A stretch of 56,624 nucleotides of DNA, taken from the NCBI GenBank assembly GCA_910577805.1, contig CAJTOE010000001.1, positions 1 through 56,624 on the forward strand, in the 5' to 3' direction. The notes under the pieces were generated by a model that saw only the letters and a list, made by a program, of their open reading frames with translations, was not told where the DNA came from and searched no databases. Source of the DNA: an uncultured Oscillospiraceae bacterium. GTDB taxonomy: Bacteria; Bacillota; Clostridia; Oscillospirales; Oscillospiraceae. A program made the position numbers and the translations under genes. Numbering within the stretch: the stretch's first letter is position 1; each line of letters opens with the position of its first letter. Of the stretch, positions 18,822-27,167 are shown one piece after another.

Positions 18822-20183
18822 ATGTTGCTGAATCAGAACGAAATCATGCAGACCATCCAGATGATCGACCAGCAGCATCTGGACGTGCGGACCATCACAA
18901 TGGGCATTTCCCTGCTCTCCTGCGCCCACAGCGATGTGAACACCGCCTGTGATAAAATCTATGACAAAATCACAAAATACGCCGAAAAGCTGGTGCAAAC
19001 CGGGGAGGATATCGAAAAAGAGTTCGGTATCCCCATCGTCAACAAACGCATTTCCGTCACTCCGATCGCCTTGGTGGCCGCGGCGGCGGAGACGGAGAAC
19101 TATACCCCCTTCGCCCTGGCCCTGGACCGGGCGGCAAAGGCCTGCGGCGTCAACTTCATCGGCGGCTTCTCCGCCCTGGTTCAGAAGGGTATGACCCTGG
19201 CTGACCGGCGGCTTATCGCCTCCATCCCGGAGGCCCTGGCTTCTACAGACATCGTGTGCGCCAGCGTCAACGTGGGCTCCACCAAGGCGGGCATCGACAT
19301 GGACGCGGTCGCCATGATGGGCCGGACCATCCGGGACCTGGCCCAGCGCACCAAGGACCAGGGAGGCTTTGGCTGTGCCAAGCTGGTGGTGTTCGCCAAC
19401 GCGGTGGAGGATAACCCCTTTATGGCCGGAGCCTTCCACGGAGTCGGCGAGCCGGAACGGGTCATCAACGTGGGGGTGTCCGGCCCTGGGGTGGTGTATC
19501 ACGCCCTTCAGTCCGTCAAAGGACAGCCCTTCGACGTGGTGGCGGAGACCATCAAAAAGACCGCGTTCCGCATCACGCGTATGGGCCAGCTCGTCGCCCA
19601 GGAGGCCAGCCGCCGCCTGGACACCCCCTTTGGCATTGTGGACCTGTCCCTGGCCCCCACCCCCGCCGTCGGGGACAGCGTGGCCCGTATTCTGGAGGAA
19701 ATGGGCCTGGAGGTCTGCGGCACCCACGGCACCACCGCCGCGCTGGCTCTGCTCAACGACGCGGTGAAAAAGGGCGGCGTGATGGCCTCCTCCCATGTGG
19801 GCGGGCTGTCCGGAGCCTTCATCCCCGTCAGTGAGGACGAGGGCATGATCGCCGCCGCGGCCTCCGGAGCCTTGACCCTGGACAAGCTGGAGGCTATGAC
19901 CTGTGTTTGTTCTGTGGGGCTGGACATGATCGCCGTCCCCGGCGACACCCCGGCAGAGACCCTGTCCGCCATTATCGCCGACGAGGCCGCCATCGGCATG
20001 GTCAACTCCAAGACTACCGCGGTGCGTATTATCCCCGCCCCCGGCCGGCAGGTGGGCGACACGGTAGAGTTCGGCGGACTGCTTGGCTCCGCCCCCGTAC
20101 AGCCGGTCCACCCCTTCTCCAGCGCCGCCTTTGTCCAGCGGGGCGGGCGTATTCCCGCGCCGATGCAAAGCCTGAAAAACTGA
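18822..20183 (+). CDS. UPF0210/DUF711 PFL-like family protein
   Basis: [34 protein letters not shown]; usual partner of the ACT gene. Confidence 0.92.
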   Translation: MLLNQNEIMQTIQMIDQQHLDVRTITMGISLLSCAHSDVNTACDKIYDKITKYAEKLVQTGEDIEKEFGIPIVNKRISVTPIALVAAAAETENYTPFALALDRAAKACGVNFIGGFSALVQKGMTLADRRLIASIPEALASTDIVCASVNVGSTKAGIDMDAVAMMGRTIRDLAQRTKDQGGFGCAKLVVFANAVEDNPFMAGAFHGVGEPERVINVGVSGPGVVYHALQSVKGQPFDVVAETIKKTAFRITRMGQLVAQEASRRLDTPFGIVDLSLAPTPAVGDSVARILEEMGLEVCGTHGTTAALALLNDAVKKGGVMASSHVGGLSGAFIPVSEDEGMIAAAASGALTLDKLEAMTCVCSVGLDMIAVPGDTPAETLSAIIADEAAIGMVNSKTTAVRIIPAPGRQVGDTVEFGGLLGSAPVQPVHPFSSAAFVQRGGRIPAPMQSLKN

Positions 20184-20318
20184 ACAAATATTTTATAAAA
20201 ATTTCACAAAAATGTCTGGCTTTTTTCTGGCGTTGTGCTATAATAAACACAGACGCCGGGGGACATGCCCCTGCGGTCCATTAGCTGCCCCCAGCCGGGG
20301 GTGAAAGGAGCGAGAAAT

Positions 20319-20864
20319 ATGAAATTCGTATTTACGGACAAAAAGGTGAACCTGCCCGACTCCGTACACCAGTACGCAGAAAAAAAGGTGGGCAAGCTGG
20401 ACCGTTTCTTTCGGGAGGACGCTACTGCCGCAATTACGTTCAGTGTAGAGAAGGACCGGAACAATAAGGTGGAGGTCACCATCCGGTCCAGCGGCACCAT
20501 TTTCCGGGTGTCTGAGAGTACCTCCGATATGTATGCGTCCATCGACGCGGCCGTTACCACGCTGGAGCGCCAGATCCGCAAGAACAAGACCCGTCTGGAA
20601 AAGCGTCTGCGCCAGGGCGCGTTCGAGCGGGCGGTGGATACCTCCACTTCCTTCGCGCCGGAGGAGCCGGAGGAGAACGATTTCCATATCGTGCGCAGCA
20701 AGCGCTTCCCCATCAAGCCCATGAGCCGGGATGAGGCGATCTTGCAGATGAATCTGCTGGAGCACAGCTTTTTCGCGTTCCGGGACGAGGAGGCGGACGG
20801 AGCGTTTGCTGTGGTCTACCGCCGCCACGACGGCGGCTACGGGCTGATCGAGGACGAGACGTAA
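20319..20864 (+). CDS. hpf: Ribosome hibernation factor (long HPF/RaiA)
   Basis: DMYASID, LERQIRKNKTRL, KPMSRDEAILQM, YRRHDGGYGLIE. Confidence 0.95.
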   Translation: MKFVFTDKKVNLPDSVHQYAEKKVGKLDRFFREDATAAITFSVEKDRNNKVEVTIRSSGTIFRVSESTSDMYASIDAAVTTLERQIRKNKTRLEKRLRQGAFERAVDTSTSFAPEEPEENDFHIVRSKRFPIKPMSRDEAILQMNLLEHSFFAFRDEEADGAFAVVYRRHDGGYGLIEDET

Positions 20865-20881
20865 TTCGGGTAAATATGCGG

Positions 20882-20914
20882 GAGCGGCAGGGCCTTTGGC
20901 TCTGCCGCTCTTTT
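20882..20914 (+). terminator. Intrinsic terminator after hpf
   Basis: gagcggcagggc-loop-gctctgccgctc followed by tttt. Confidence 0.8.
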
Positions 20915-20917
20915 GTG

Positions 20918-21133
20918 TTATGGGAGTTCTGCCTGCTCATAGGCCCAGCTCCATTGGACCAGCTCCTGGTAGGTCCCCTGTAGAAAGGTGTAGATTACGT
21001 ACAGTGCATCGGAATAGCAGTTGGGCGGGCTTTCCTCCGAAAGCATCAGCTCTACCTGCTCTAAGGTTCGCAGTCCGCTTTTCAGGTCGCATTGGATTTG
21101 CTGGAGTTGGCTTAACATGTTTTCTTGCTGCAT
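20918..21133 (-). CDS. Small hypothetical protein (71 aa)
   Basis: Strong RBS GAGGAGG 8 nt before the ATG; helical-looking sequence. Confidence 0.65.
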   Translation of the reverse strand: MQQENMLSQLQQIQCDLKSGLRTLEQVELMLSEESPPNCYSDALYVIYTFLQGTYQELVQWSWAYEQAELP

Positions 21134-21160
21134 AACTAGAAACCTCCTCGATTTTTCCGC

Positions 21161-21188
21161 TTGATTTTCCCCGGAGGTATGATATAAT
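21161..21188 (+). promoter_or_regulatory. SigA-type promoter driving a putative antisense RNA
   Basis: TTGATT-16 nt-TATAAT with extended TG; no + strand ORF follows before the terminator. Confidence 0.6.
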
Positions 21189-21194
21189 TGAATT

Positions 21195-21297
21195 TATCAA
21201 GCCTCCTTGGCCAAACCTCACGGGTTCAGCCTCACAGGGTTTGTGTTTAAGAGTTTTGGATGTGACTTGTCAGGGCCGCCAAAACTCTTATTTTTTT
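21195..21297 (+). ncRNA. Putative ~100-nt antisense small RNA
   Basis: Lies between the promoter above and the hairpin taagagttttgg...ccaaaactctta followed by ttttttt. Confidence 0.45.
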
Positions 21298-21461
21298 AGG
21301 TCCGGCTCCAGCCGCTTAATCCCGCGCCGTATCGCTTCCATTGTGCTGACTTTCTCTTGTTCCGTGTATTGTTCCAGTATCTTCTTGCTCGCTTCATCTA
21401 CCCGAACAGAAAGTTTATAGGGCTTCGGATTATCGGTAGGCCGTCCGGTCCGTGGGGACAT
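21288..21461 (-). CDS. CopG/ribbon-helix-helix DNA-binding protein (57 aa)
   Basis: Manual translation MSPRTGRPTDNPKPYKLSVRVDEASKKILEQYTEQEKVSTMEAIRRGIKRLEPDLKK; RBS gaggtg; below the ORF-track length cutoff. Confidence 0.85.
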   Translation of the reverse strand: MSPRTGRPTDNPKPYKLSVRVDEASKKILEQYTEQEKVSTMEAIRRGIKRLEPDLKK

Positions 21462-21489
21462 TTTAACACCTCACTTTCGACCTTCATAA

Positions 21490-21518
21490 ACTATATAATT
21501 AAAACTCCCAAAAGTCAA
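21490..21518 (-). promoter_or_regulatory. SigA-type promoter of the RHH gene
   Basis: TTGACT-17 nt-TATAGT on the minus strand. Confidence 0.7.
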
Positions 21519-21562
21519 GTGCTTTTTTCTGCGATTTTTTGTAATTCGGGAAATTGTGCAGA

Positions 21563-21795
21563 CCTTCGGCTTCACCCTCATCCGTCTGGCCTCCGGCCAG
21601 CCACCTTCCCCCACTAGGGGGAAGGCTTTTCGGTGCGGCTATCGAGACTACTGTGCAGTCTAGCGAGTGCCAGTATTTGAGGCCTTCCCCCTCACGGGGG
21701 AAGGCCGACTCCCCCTAACAGGGGGAGATGGCCGCAGGCCAGAGGGGGTAGGGAGGCACGCGAAGCGTGACGGATGAGGGTGAAAAACCCGAAGG
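21563..21795. repeat. REP/MITE-like palindromic element with perfect 16-bp terminal inverted repeats
   Basis: ttcaccctcatccgtc (21571-21586) and gacggatgagggtgaa (21769-21784); internal hairpins ccttcccc...ggggaagg twice and ctccccc...gggggag. Confidence 0.85.
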
Positions 21796-21817
21796 ACTCT
21801 CATACACAGCCTTCAAA

Positions 21818-21857
21818 GAAAAACAGTGTGGGCATAAATAGTACCCACACTGTTTTC
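21818..21857 (-). terminator. Terminator after the type III toxin gene
   Basis: aaaacagtgtggg-loop-cccacactgtttt. Confidence 0.75.
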
Positions 21858-22329
21858 ATGTAATGTCCAAAATATCATGGAAATATGGCAGAGTTGAAAA
21901 CTCATACTTTCTTTTATATTCTCTGCTATGAATAACATTGATATTTTTCTTATGAGAAATGTACATAGATATATAAGAATGAATGCTTTCTACAATTTTT
22001 TCAATATTTATCATCATCATCCTATATTCATCTGCATCCACTATTGCATTGGAAGAATTTATGTAAGACGCGTTTTTGATTAATACGACCTTTTTGTAAT
22101 CCAGCCCGGACCGTGTTCTTCTTGATCTGTTCGTTTTTGAAAATAAAAATGCCTCATTATGCTTTATGGATGAACGGAACGGTATACATATCAAATATCC
22201 ATCATGTGAATGAATTAAAAGACACGTATAGGGCCTGCCTGACTTTCTTAAAATTTCCGGGTATCTGCACTCTGGATAAGCCCTATAAAACGCCTCAGAT
22301 AAAGAACAAATATCTACATCATAACTCAT
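21856..22329 (-). CDS. tenpN: Type III toxin-antitoxin toxin, TenpN-like endoribonuclease
   Basis: RPY...IPFRSSIKH...SGLDYKKVVLI...YEFSTLPYFH pattern recalled for the TenpN family; AT-rich; preceded by tandem repeats and a hairpin. Confidence 0.8.
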   Translation of the reverse strand: MSYDVDICSLSEAFYRAYPECRYPEILRKSGRPYTCLLIHSHDGYLICIPFRSSIKHNEAFLFSKTNRSRRTRSGLDYKKVVLIKNASYINSSNAIVDADEYRMMMINIEKIVESIHSYISMYISHKKNINVIHSREYKRKYEFSTLPYFHDILDIT

Positions 22330-22355
22330 GTTTCGACACTCCAGTGAAATGGATT

Positions 22356-22381
22356 GGGGTTAGTCTTTACTGACTAACCCC
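22356..22381 (-). terminator. Hairpin between the antitoxin repeats and the toxin gene
   Basis: ggggttagtc-tttact-gactaacccc, a perfect 10-bp stem; poor U-tract in the sense direction. Confidence 0.7.
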
Positions 22382-22391
22382 TTTCAACACT

Positions 22392-22517
22392 TCGCTCGGC
22401 CAATTTTTATTTTACCGACGAGTCAGAGCCGTCACTCGTCTCCATCGCTCGGCCAGTTTTTATTTTACCGACGAGTCAGAGCCGTCACTCGTCTCCTTTA
22501 CGAAGTATCATCCATCT
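22392..22517 (-). ncRNA. tenpI: Type III antitoxin RNA (TenpI-like), two 53-nt tandem repeats
   Basis: Repeats at 22392-22444 and 22445-22497 with 2 differences; each has a GACGAGU/ACUCGUC stem and an A-rich tract. Confidence 0.8.
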
Positions 22518-22523
22518 ATCTAT

Positions 22524-22552
22524 AGTATATGTACGAAACAACAATCTGTCAA
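22524..22552 (-). promoter_or_regulatory. SigA promoter of the tenpIN operon
   Basis: TTGACA-17 nt-TATACT. Confidence 0.85.
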
Positions 22553-22627
22553 CAAAAATTTCAAACGGCACCAGCCAAAAAAAGCCGGCCTCTCCGCTTC
22601 ACAGAGAGACCGGCATCCTTATTTTAT

Positions 22628-23224
22628 TCACACAGCGGGAAAAATCCGTCCGGACACGTCGGAGCGAACCAGCTGCACCTCAGGCAGGCAGCGCACCAGG
22701 GCTTCCGGCTCCTCCACATGGTAGAAAATCAAGCCGTTGAGCTCGTCTGTGTACTCCCGCACCCCAGACATGGCGTAGACGCGGCTCTTATACACAGGCA
22801 CCTCCGCCGCTTTGCCGAAGTACAGGTTCGCGCAAGTCCCGTCCCAGTCCTTCGCCACAGCCTTCAGGTCCTCCAGGGGCATCGCCATCACATCGTCCTT
22901 CACAACGGCGATCGCCCGGCGGTCGGTCACGGCGTAAACGGTCTCCTTCTCCAGGGTCCGCTTATCCAGCAGGGGGCGTACCGACAGCATCGTGGGCATA
23001 AATATCATCACAAGCGCGGCCAGCAGCATATCGCCGGTCAGCGTATGATTCAAATAGTAAGGGGCCAGGAAATAGCCCACCAGCAAAACGACACAGGCAG
23101 ACATCAGCCAGGTCAGCACCACCGCCGAACGATAGGTGCTGTGCATCAGCCGGAACTGTGCGGGCCGGCCGCTCCACTTCACCTGCTCCCCCTCCTGCAA
23201 AGCTGCCTGCAAACGCTTCTCCAT
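22628..23224 (-). CDS. Hypothetical membrane protein (2 TM plus a PH-like domain)
   Basis: LQEGEQVKWSGRP, two hydrophobic helices, YAVTDRRAI. Confidence 0.75.
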   Translation of the reverse strand: MEKRLQAALQEGEQVKWSGRPAQFRLMHSTYRSAVVLTWLMSACVVLLVGYFLAPYYLNHTLTGDMLLAALVMIFMPTMLSVRPLLDKRTLEKETVYAVTDRRAIAVVKDDVMAMPLEDLKAVAKDWDGTCANLYFGKAAEVPVYKSRVYAMSGVREYTDELNGLIFYHVEEPEALVRCLPEVQLVRSDVSGRIFPAV

Positions 23225-23413
23225 AAAAATCACGCTCCATTTCTTCATTCTTCCCGATCCATTGCCTTGGACCAATACACATTATAACGCTTCGGGTATA
23301 AATTGGGTATAAATGAATCGAGGCCGTCTGTTAAGAATCTGTAAACAGAAAATTCCTTGCATTTTTTACCGCAATATTGTATGATAATCCAAGAAAATCA
23401 GGAGGTTTTATAC

Positions 23414-24112
23414 ATGAATCAGGAAGAAACTTCCCGCACCCGCCTGCTGCTGGGGGATGCGGCCTTAACCCGGCTGGCACAGGCCAGAGTGGCGCTGTTC
23501 GGCGTGGGCGGCGTAGGCGGGCACTGTGCTGAGGCGCTGGTCCGGGCGGGCATAGGCGCGCTGGACGTATATGATAACGACGTAGTCTCCCCCTCCAATC
23601 TGAACCGGCAGCTCGTGGCTCTCCACTCCACCCTGGGCCAGTACAAGGCGGAGGTCATGGCCCGCCGGGCCGCTGACATCAACCCGGATTGCCAGGTACG
23701 GGCTGTCCCCATGTTCTACCTGCCCGAAAACGCGGACCAGGTCGATCTGAGCCAGTACGACTACGTGATCGACGCCATCGACACCGTATCCGCCAAGCTG
23801 GAGCTGGCCCAGCGGTGCTATCGCTTACACGTTCCGCTGATCAGCTGCATGGGTTCGGGGAACAAGCTGGACCCCTCGGCGTTCGTGGTGACGGACCTCT
23901 ATAAAACCCAGGGCTGTCCTCTGGCGCGGGTATTGCGCAAGGAGCTGCGCCGCCGGGGCGTCCCCAAGCTGATGGTAGTCTTTTCCCCGGAGGAGCCTGC
24001 GTCCACCGGGGAACGCACGCCGGGGTCTGTGCCCTTTGTCCCCGGCGCGGCGGGGCTGGTGCTGGCGGGCGCGGTGGTCCGGGCGCTGGCCGCTGGCCGG
24101 ACGGAGGAATGA
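23414..24112 (+). CDS. tcdA: ThiF-family tRNA threonylcarbamoyladenosine dehydratase
   Basis: GVGGVGG, SNLNRQ, DAIDTV, MGSGNKLDP, CPLARVLRKEL. Confidence 0.9.
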   Translation: MNQEETSRTRLLLGDAALTRLAQARVALFGVGGVGGHCAEALVRAGIGALDVYDNDVVSPSNLNRQLVALHSTLGQYKAEVMARRAADINPDCQVRAVPMFYLPENADQVDLSQYDYVIDAIDTVSAKLELAQRCYRLHVPLISCMGSGNKLDPSAFVVTDLYKTQGCPLARVLRKELRRRGVPKLMVVFSPEEPASTGERTPGSVPFVPGAAGLVLAGAVVRALAAGRTEE

Positions 24113-24210
24113 GGGGGAACCCCCCGGTCCCCGCAAAAAGATTGTTAAAAAATTTGACAAGTCCCACAAAATCCGCTACACTATTCCCAATGGTGGAAAG
24201 GAGGTCCCAC

Positions 24211-24861
24211 ATGAAACGAAATGCCAAAGTATCTACCGCCGTGATCCGCCGTCTGCCCCGGTATTACCGGCACCTGTTCGAGCTTCAGCAAAAAGGCGTG
24301 GAACGCATTTCCTCCAGCGCGCTGGGCAAATCCATGGGGCTGACCGCCTCCCAAATCCGCCAGGACCTGTTCTGCTTCGGCGGCTTCGGCCAGCAGGGCT
24401 ACGGCTATAAGGTCGAAAGCCTCCGGGAGGAGATCGGCGGCATTCTGGGGGTCAACCAGGGCCACACCGTCGTGGTCCTGGGGGCCGGCAACCTGGGCTG
24501 CGCCCTGATCGAAAACTTCAAATTCAACGCCAACGGCTTTCAGCTTCTGTCCGCCTTCGACGTGAACCCGGAGCTGGTCGGCACAATGATTTCCGGCATC
24601 CCCGTGGTCCACGCGGACCAGCTGGAGGACTACCTGCGCCGCACACCGGTCAGCGTGGGACTGCTGGCCGTCCCCATGTCGGCGGCCCAGGGGATGGCCG
24701 ACCGGCTGGTGCGCTGCGGCGTCAGCGGCATCTGGAATTTTACCAACTACGAAATCAGCGCCCCGGAGCATGTAGTGGTGGAGAGCGTCCATTTCTCCGA
24801 CAGCCTTCTGGCCCTGAGCTACATGATTACCCAGCGGGAAAGGAGCGGCGATGAAACTTAA
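24211..24861 (+). CDS. rex: Redox-sensing repressor Rex
   Basis: RRLPRYYR, ISSSAL, QIRQDL, GQQGYGY, GAGNLG, GIWNF. Confidence 0.96.
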   Translation: MKRNAKVSTAVIRRLPRYYRHLFELQQKGVERISSSALGKSMGLTASQIRQDLFCFGGFGQQGYGYKVESLREEIGGILGVNQGHTVVVLGAGNLGCALIENFKFNANGFQLLSAFDVNPELVGTMISGIPVVHADQLEDYLRRTPVSVGLLAVPMSAAQGMADRLVRCGVSGIWNFTNYEISAPEHVVVESVHFSDSLLALSYMITQRERSGDET

Positions 24862-25966
24862 ACCTGTTCTTGCGGCGGGGGTGTGCGGGGCGCTGGTCCT
24901 GTGTGCCGCCGCCTTAGGCGAGGGGGACAGCCTGATCTCCCGCAGCGACCTGGAAGCCTCCTTCATCCCCCAGACCGTCCAGCAGGGGGAGAGCATCCAG
25001 GAAAACCGCCTCCTGGAGGCCTATGACCAGGCCCTCCAGCGGGCACAGCAGATCGCCGGGAGCGCCACCCCCGCCGGCTCCTACAGCGCGGACCTGTCCC
25101 CCCGCTCCCTGAGCGCCGGAAGCGCCGTTACCCTGGAGACCGGGGGCTGTTTCCTGCTGGCCTCCGGGGCCGGGACCGTGCGCCATGACGGCGCGGTGGT
25201 GGACGCTACCACCGGGACAGAAGTCCTCTCCGGCGGGAGCCTCACGGCGGGACACCGCTATCTGGTGGCCGAGGACACCCGTGCGGAATTTACCCTCAGC
25301 GCCGCTTCCTCCGCCGGTTTCAGCGGCCCCTACCGTCTGGACCTGAACAGCGGCAATCCAGGCACCGATCCCCAGCCCCCCGCCGGGCCGCTCCCCTTCA
25401 CCGATGTGCGGGAAAAGGACTGGTTCTACAGCGCCGTGGCCTACGTCTATCAAAACGGCCTGTTCTCCGGCATGGACGACACGACCTTCGGCCCCAACCA
25501 GAAAATGGACCGCTCCATGCTGGTGACGGTGCTCTACCGCCTGGCCGGTTCCCCGGCGGACCAGATGTCCAGCGCTCAGGCCTCCTTCACCGATGTGCGG
25601 GACAAGGACTGGTTCGCCCCCTACGTGCGCTGGGCCGCCAGCCAGGACATCACCGCCGGTACGGGAGACGGCCTGTTCTCCCCCGGCCAGCCCGTGACCC
25701 GGCAGCAGGTGATGGTGCTGCTCTACAACTTCGGCACCCGGTATCTGGGCCTGAACCTCTACCAGCGGGCGGACCTGTCCTCGTATGCGGACGTATCCCG
25801 CGTGGACAACTGGGGGCTGGAGGCCATGCGGTGGGCGGTGGGCGCCGGTATCCTGTCCAGCACCACCCCCGGCGAGCTGGTCTTGGAGCCGCAGTCCTCC
25901 GCGACCCGCGCCCAGGTGGCGGTGATGCTGCAAAACTTCGCGGAAAATTTTTTGACACAGCCCTGA
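24851..25966 (+). CDS. S-layer homology (SLH) domain protein
   Basis: Signal peptide; C-terminal SLH repeats (FTDVREKDWF, FTDVRDKDWF, ATRAQVAVML). Confidence 0.9.
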   Translation: MKLKPVLAAGVCGALVLCAAALGEGDSLISRSDLEASFIPQTVQQGESIQENRLLEAYDQALQRAQQIAGSATPAGSYSADLSPRSLSAGSAVTLETGGCFLLASGAGTVRHDGAVVDATTGTEVLSGGSLTAGHRYLVAEDTRAEFTLSAASSAGFSGPYRLDLNSGNPGTDPQPPAGPLPFTDVREKDWFYSAVAYVYQNGLFSGMDDTTFGPNQKMDRSMLVTVLYRLAGSPADQMSSAQASFTDVRDKDWFAPYVRWAASQDITAGTGDGLFSPGQPVTRQQVMVLLYNFGTRYLGLNLYQRADLSSYADVSRVDNWGLEAMRWAVGAGILSSTTPGELVLEPQSSATRAQVAVMLQNFAENFLTQP

Positions 25967-26049
25967 ACCCCCGCCGCCCAGCCGCATAAGATGAAATTGA
26001 GAACGGCGATCAGGCCGGCTCGAATCTTATTTGTAGGAGGTACTTCATC

Positions 26050-26250
26050 ATGGGGTGCTGCAATAACAATAGCTGGGGTGGCAATGGCTGGGGCGGCAAC
26101 GGCTCTTTGTGGATCATTATCCTGATTATCATTCTGTTCTCCTGCGGCGGCTGCGGCAACGGCGGCGGCAATCTCTGCGGCTGCGGGAACAACTGTGGCT
26201 GCGGCTGCGGCAATAACTGCGGCGGGAACAACTGCGGCTGCGGCTGCTAA
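26050..26250 (+). CDS. Small Cys/Gly/Asn-rich protein, probably spore-associated
   Basis: RBS aggagg; WIIILIIILF core; CGCGNN repeats; upstream CATAAGAT resembles a sigE/sigK -10. Confidence 0.8.
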   Translation: MGCCNNNSWGGNGWGGNGSLWIIILIIILFSCGGCGNGGGNLCGCGNNCGCGCGNNCGGNNCGCGC

Positions 26251-26281
26251 AAGCGACCCTCAAGGATCGCCGTGCATAGGA

Positions 26282-26316
26282 AGGAGCCTCCGGCCTGCCG
26301 GAGGCTCCTGTTTATT
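26282..26316 (+). terminator. Intrinsic terminator
   Basis: aggagcctccgg-loop-ccggaggctcct followed by gtttattt. Confidence 0.75.
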
Positions 26317-26329
26317 TAGGAGGTCATTT

Positions 26330-27139
26330 ATGCTCTGGAACGCGAAAAACGGAGAGGTCACATTGGACGGAACGGAGATGAGCTACGTCTCCTTTGGACG
26401 CGGTGAACGCACACTGGTCCTCCTTCCTGGGCTATCCGACGGATTGGTGACAGTCAAAGGAAAGGCTCTGCTGCTGGCAGCGCCGTACATCCCTTTTTTG
26501 GACCGCTATACGGTGTATATGTTCAGCAGAAAGAACGATTTACGCGAAAACGCTTCTATACGGGATATGGCCAGAGATCAGGCCAAGGCACTGGACAAGC
26601 TTGGAAAAAACAGGAGCGCTATCCTGGGCGTGTCCCAGGGCGGAATGATCGCCCAGTATCTAGCCATAGACTATCCGGAACTGGTCGGGAAGCTTGTCCT
26701 TGCCGTCACGGCTCCGCGTGCAAACAGCCTGGTACAGGAATGCGTGAAGCAGTGGATCAGCTTTGCCCAGCAGAACAATCACAAAAAGCTGATGATTGAT
26801 ACAGCGGAAAAAAGTTACTCACCGAATTATCTGAAAAAATATCGAATGTTTTATCCAATACTCGGAGCGGTTGGAAAACCGTCGAACTATGACAGATTCT
26901 TAGTCAATGCGAATGCAATCCTTGGATTCGACGCCAGCGAGGAGCTGCACAAAATCTGCTGTTCGACCCTCATTATTGGCGGCGGGCTGGACAAAACGGT
27001 CGGGGTTCAGGCCTCCTACGAGCTGAACCAGAAAATTGCAAACAGCGAGCTGCATGTGTACGCGGATCTGGGACATGCCGCTTACGAGGAGGCAAAGGAT
27101 TTTAACCGCCGGGTGTTCCAATTCCTGGACGCGCCGTAA
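26330..27139 (+). CDS. Alpha/beta hydrolase
   Basis: GVSQGG nucleophile elbow, GGGLDK, GHAAYEE; RBS aggagg. Confidence 0.9.
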   Translation: MLWNAKNGEVTLDGTEMSYVSFGRGERTLVLLPGLSDGLVTVKGKALLLAAPYIPFLDRYTVYMFSRKNDLRENASIRDMARDQAKALDKLGKNRSAILGVSQGGMIAQYLAIDYPELVGKLVLAVTAPRANSLVQECVKQWISFAQQNNHKKLMIDTAEKSYSPNYLKKYRMFYPILGAVGKPSNYDRFLVNANAILGFDASEELHKICCSTLIIGGGLDKTVGVQASYELNQKIANSELHVYADLGHAAYEEAKDFNRRVFQFLDAP

Positions 27140-27167
27140 CGGGACTGTTTTTCGCGATCTGCCCCCT

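Noticed and set aside
20184..20318. raiA-motif ncRNA upstream of hpf
   Set aside because: Only ~70 nt lie between the -10 box and the start codon, too short for that RNA; only small GC hairpins are visible.
22392..22497. 53-nt repeats as a CRISPR array
   Set aside because: The repeats are contiguous with no spacers and no cas genes are present; the layout fits a type III antitoxin.
20918..22552. Prophage or ICE remnant
   Set aside because: No integrase, relaxase or structural genes; only small cassettes.
24142..24160. Rex operator upstream of rex (ttgttaa-aaaat-ttgacaa)
   Set aside because: Spacing is 5 nt rather than 4 and the right half is the -35 box; plausible but not supportable. No clear Rex box was seen before hyd either.
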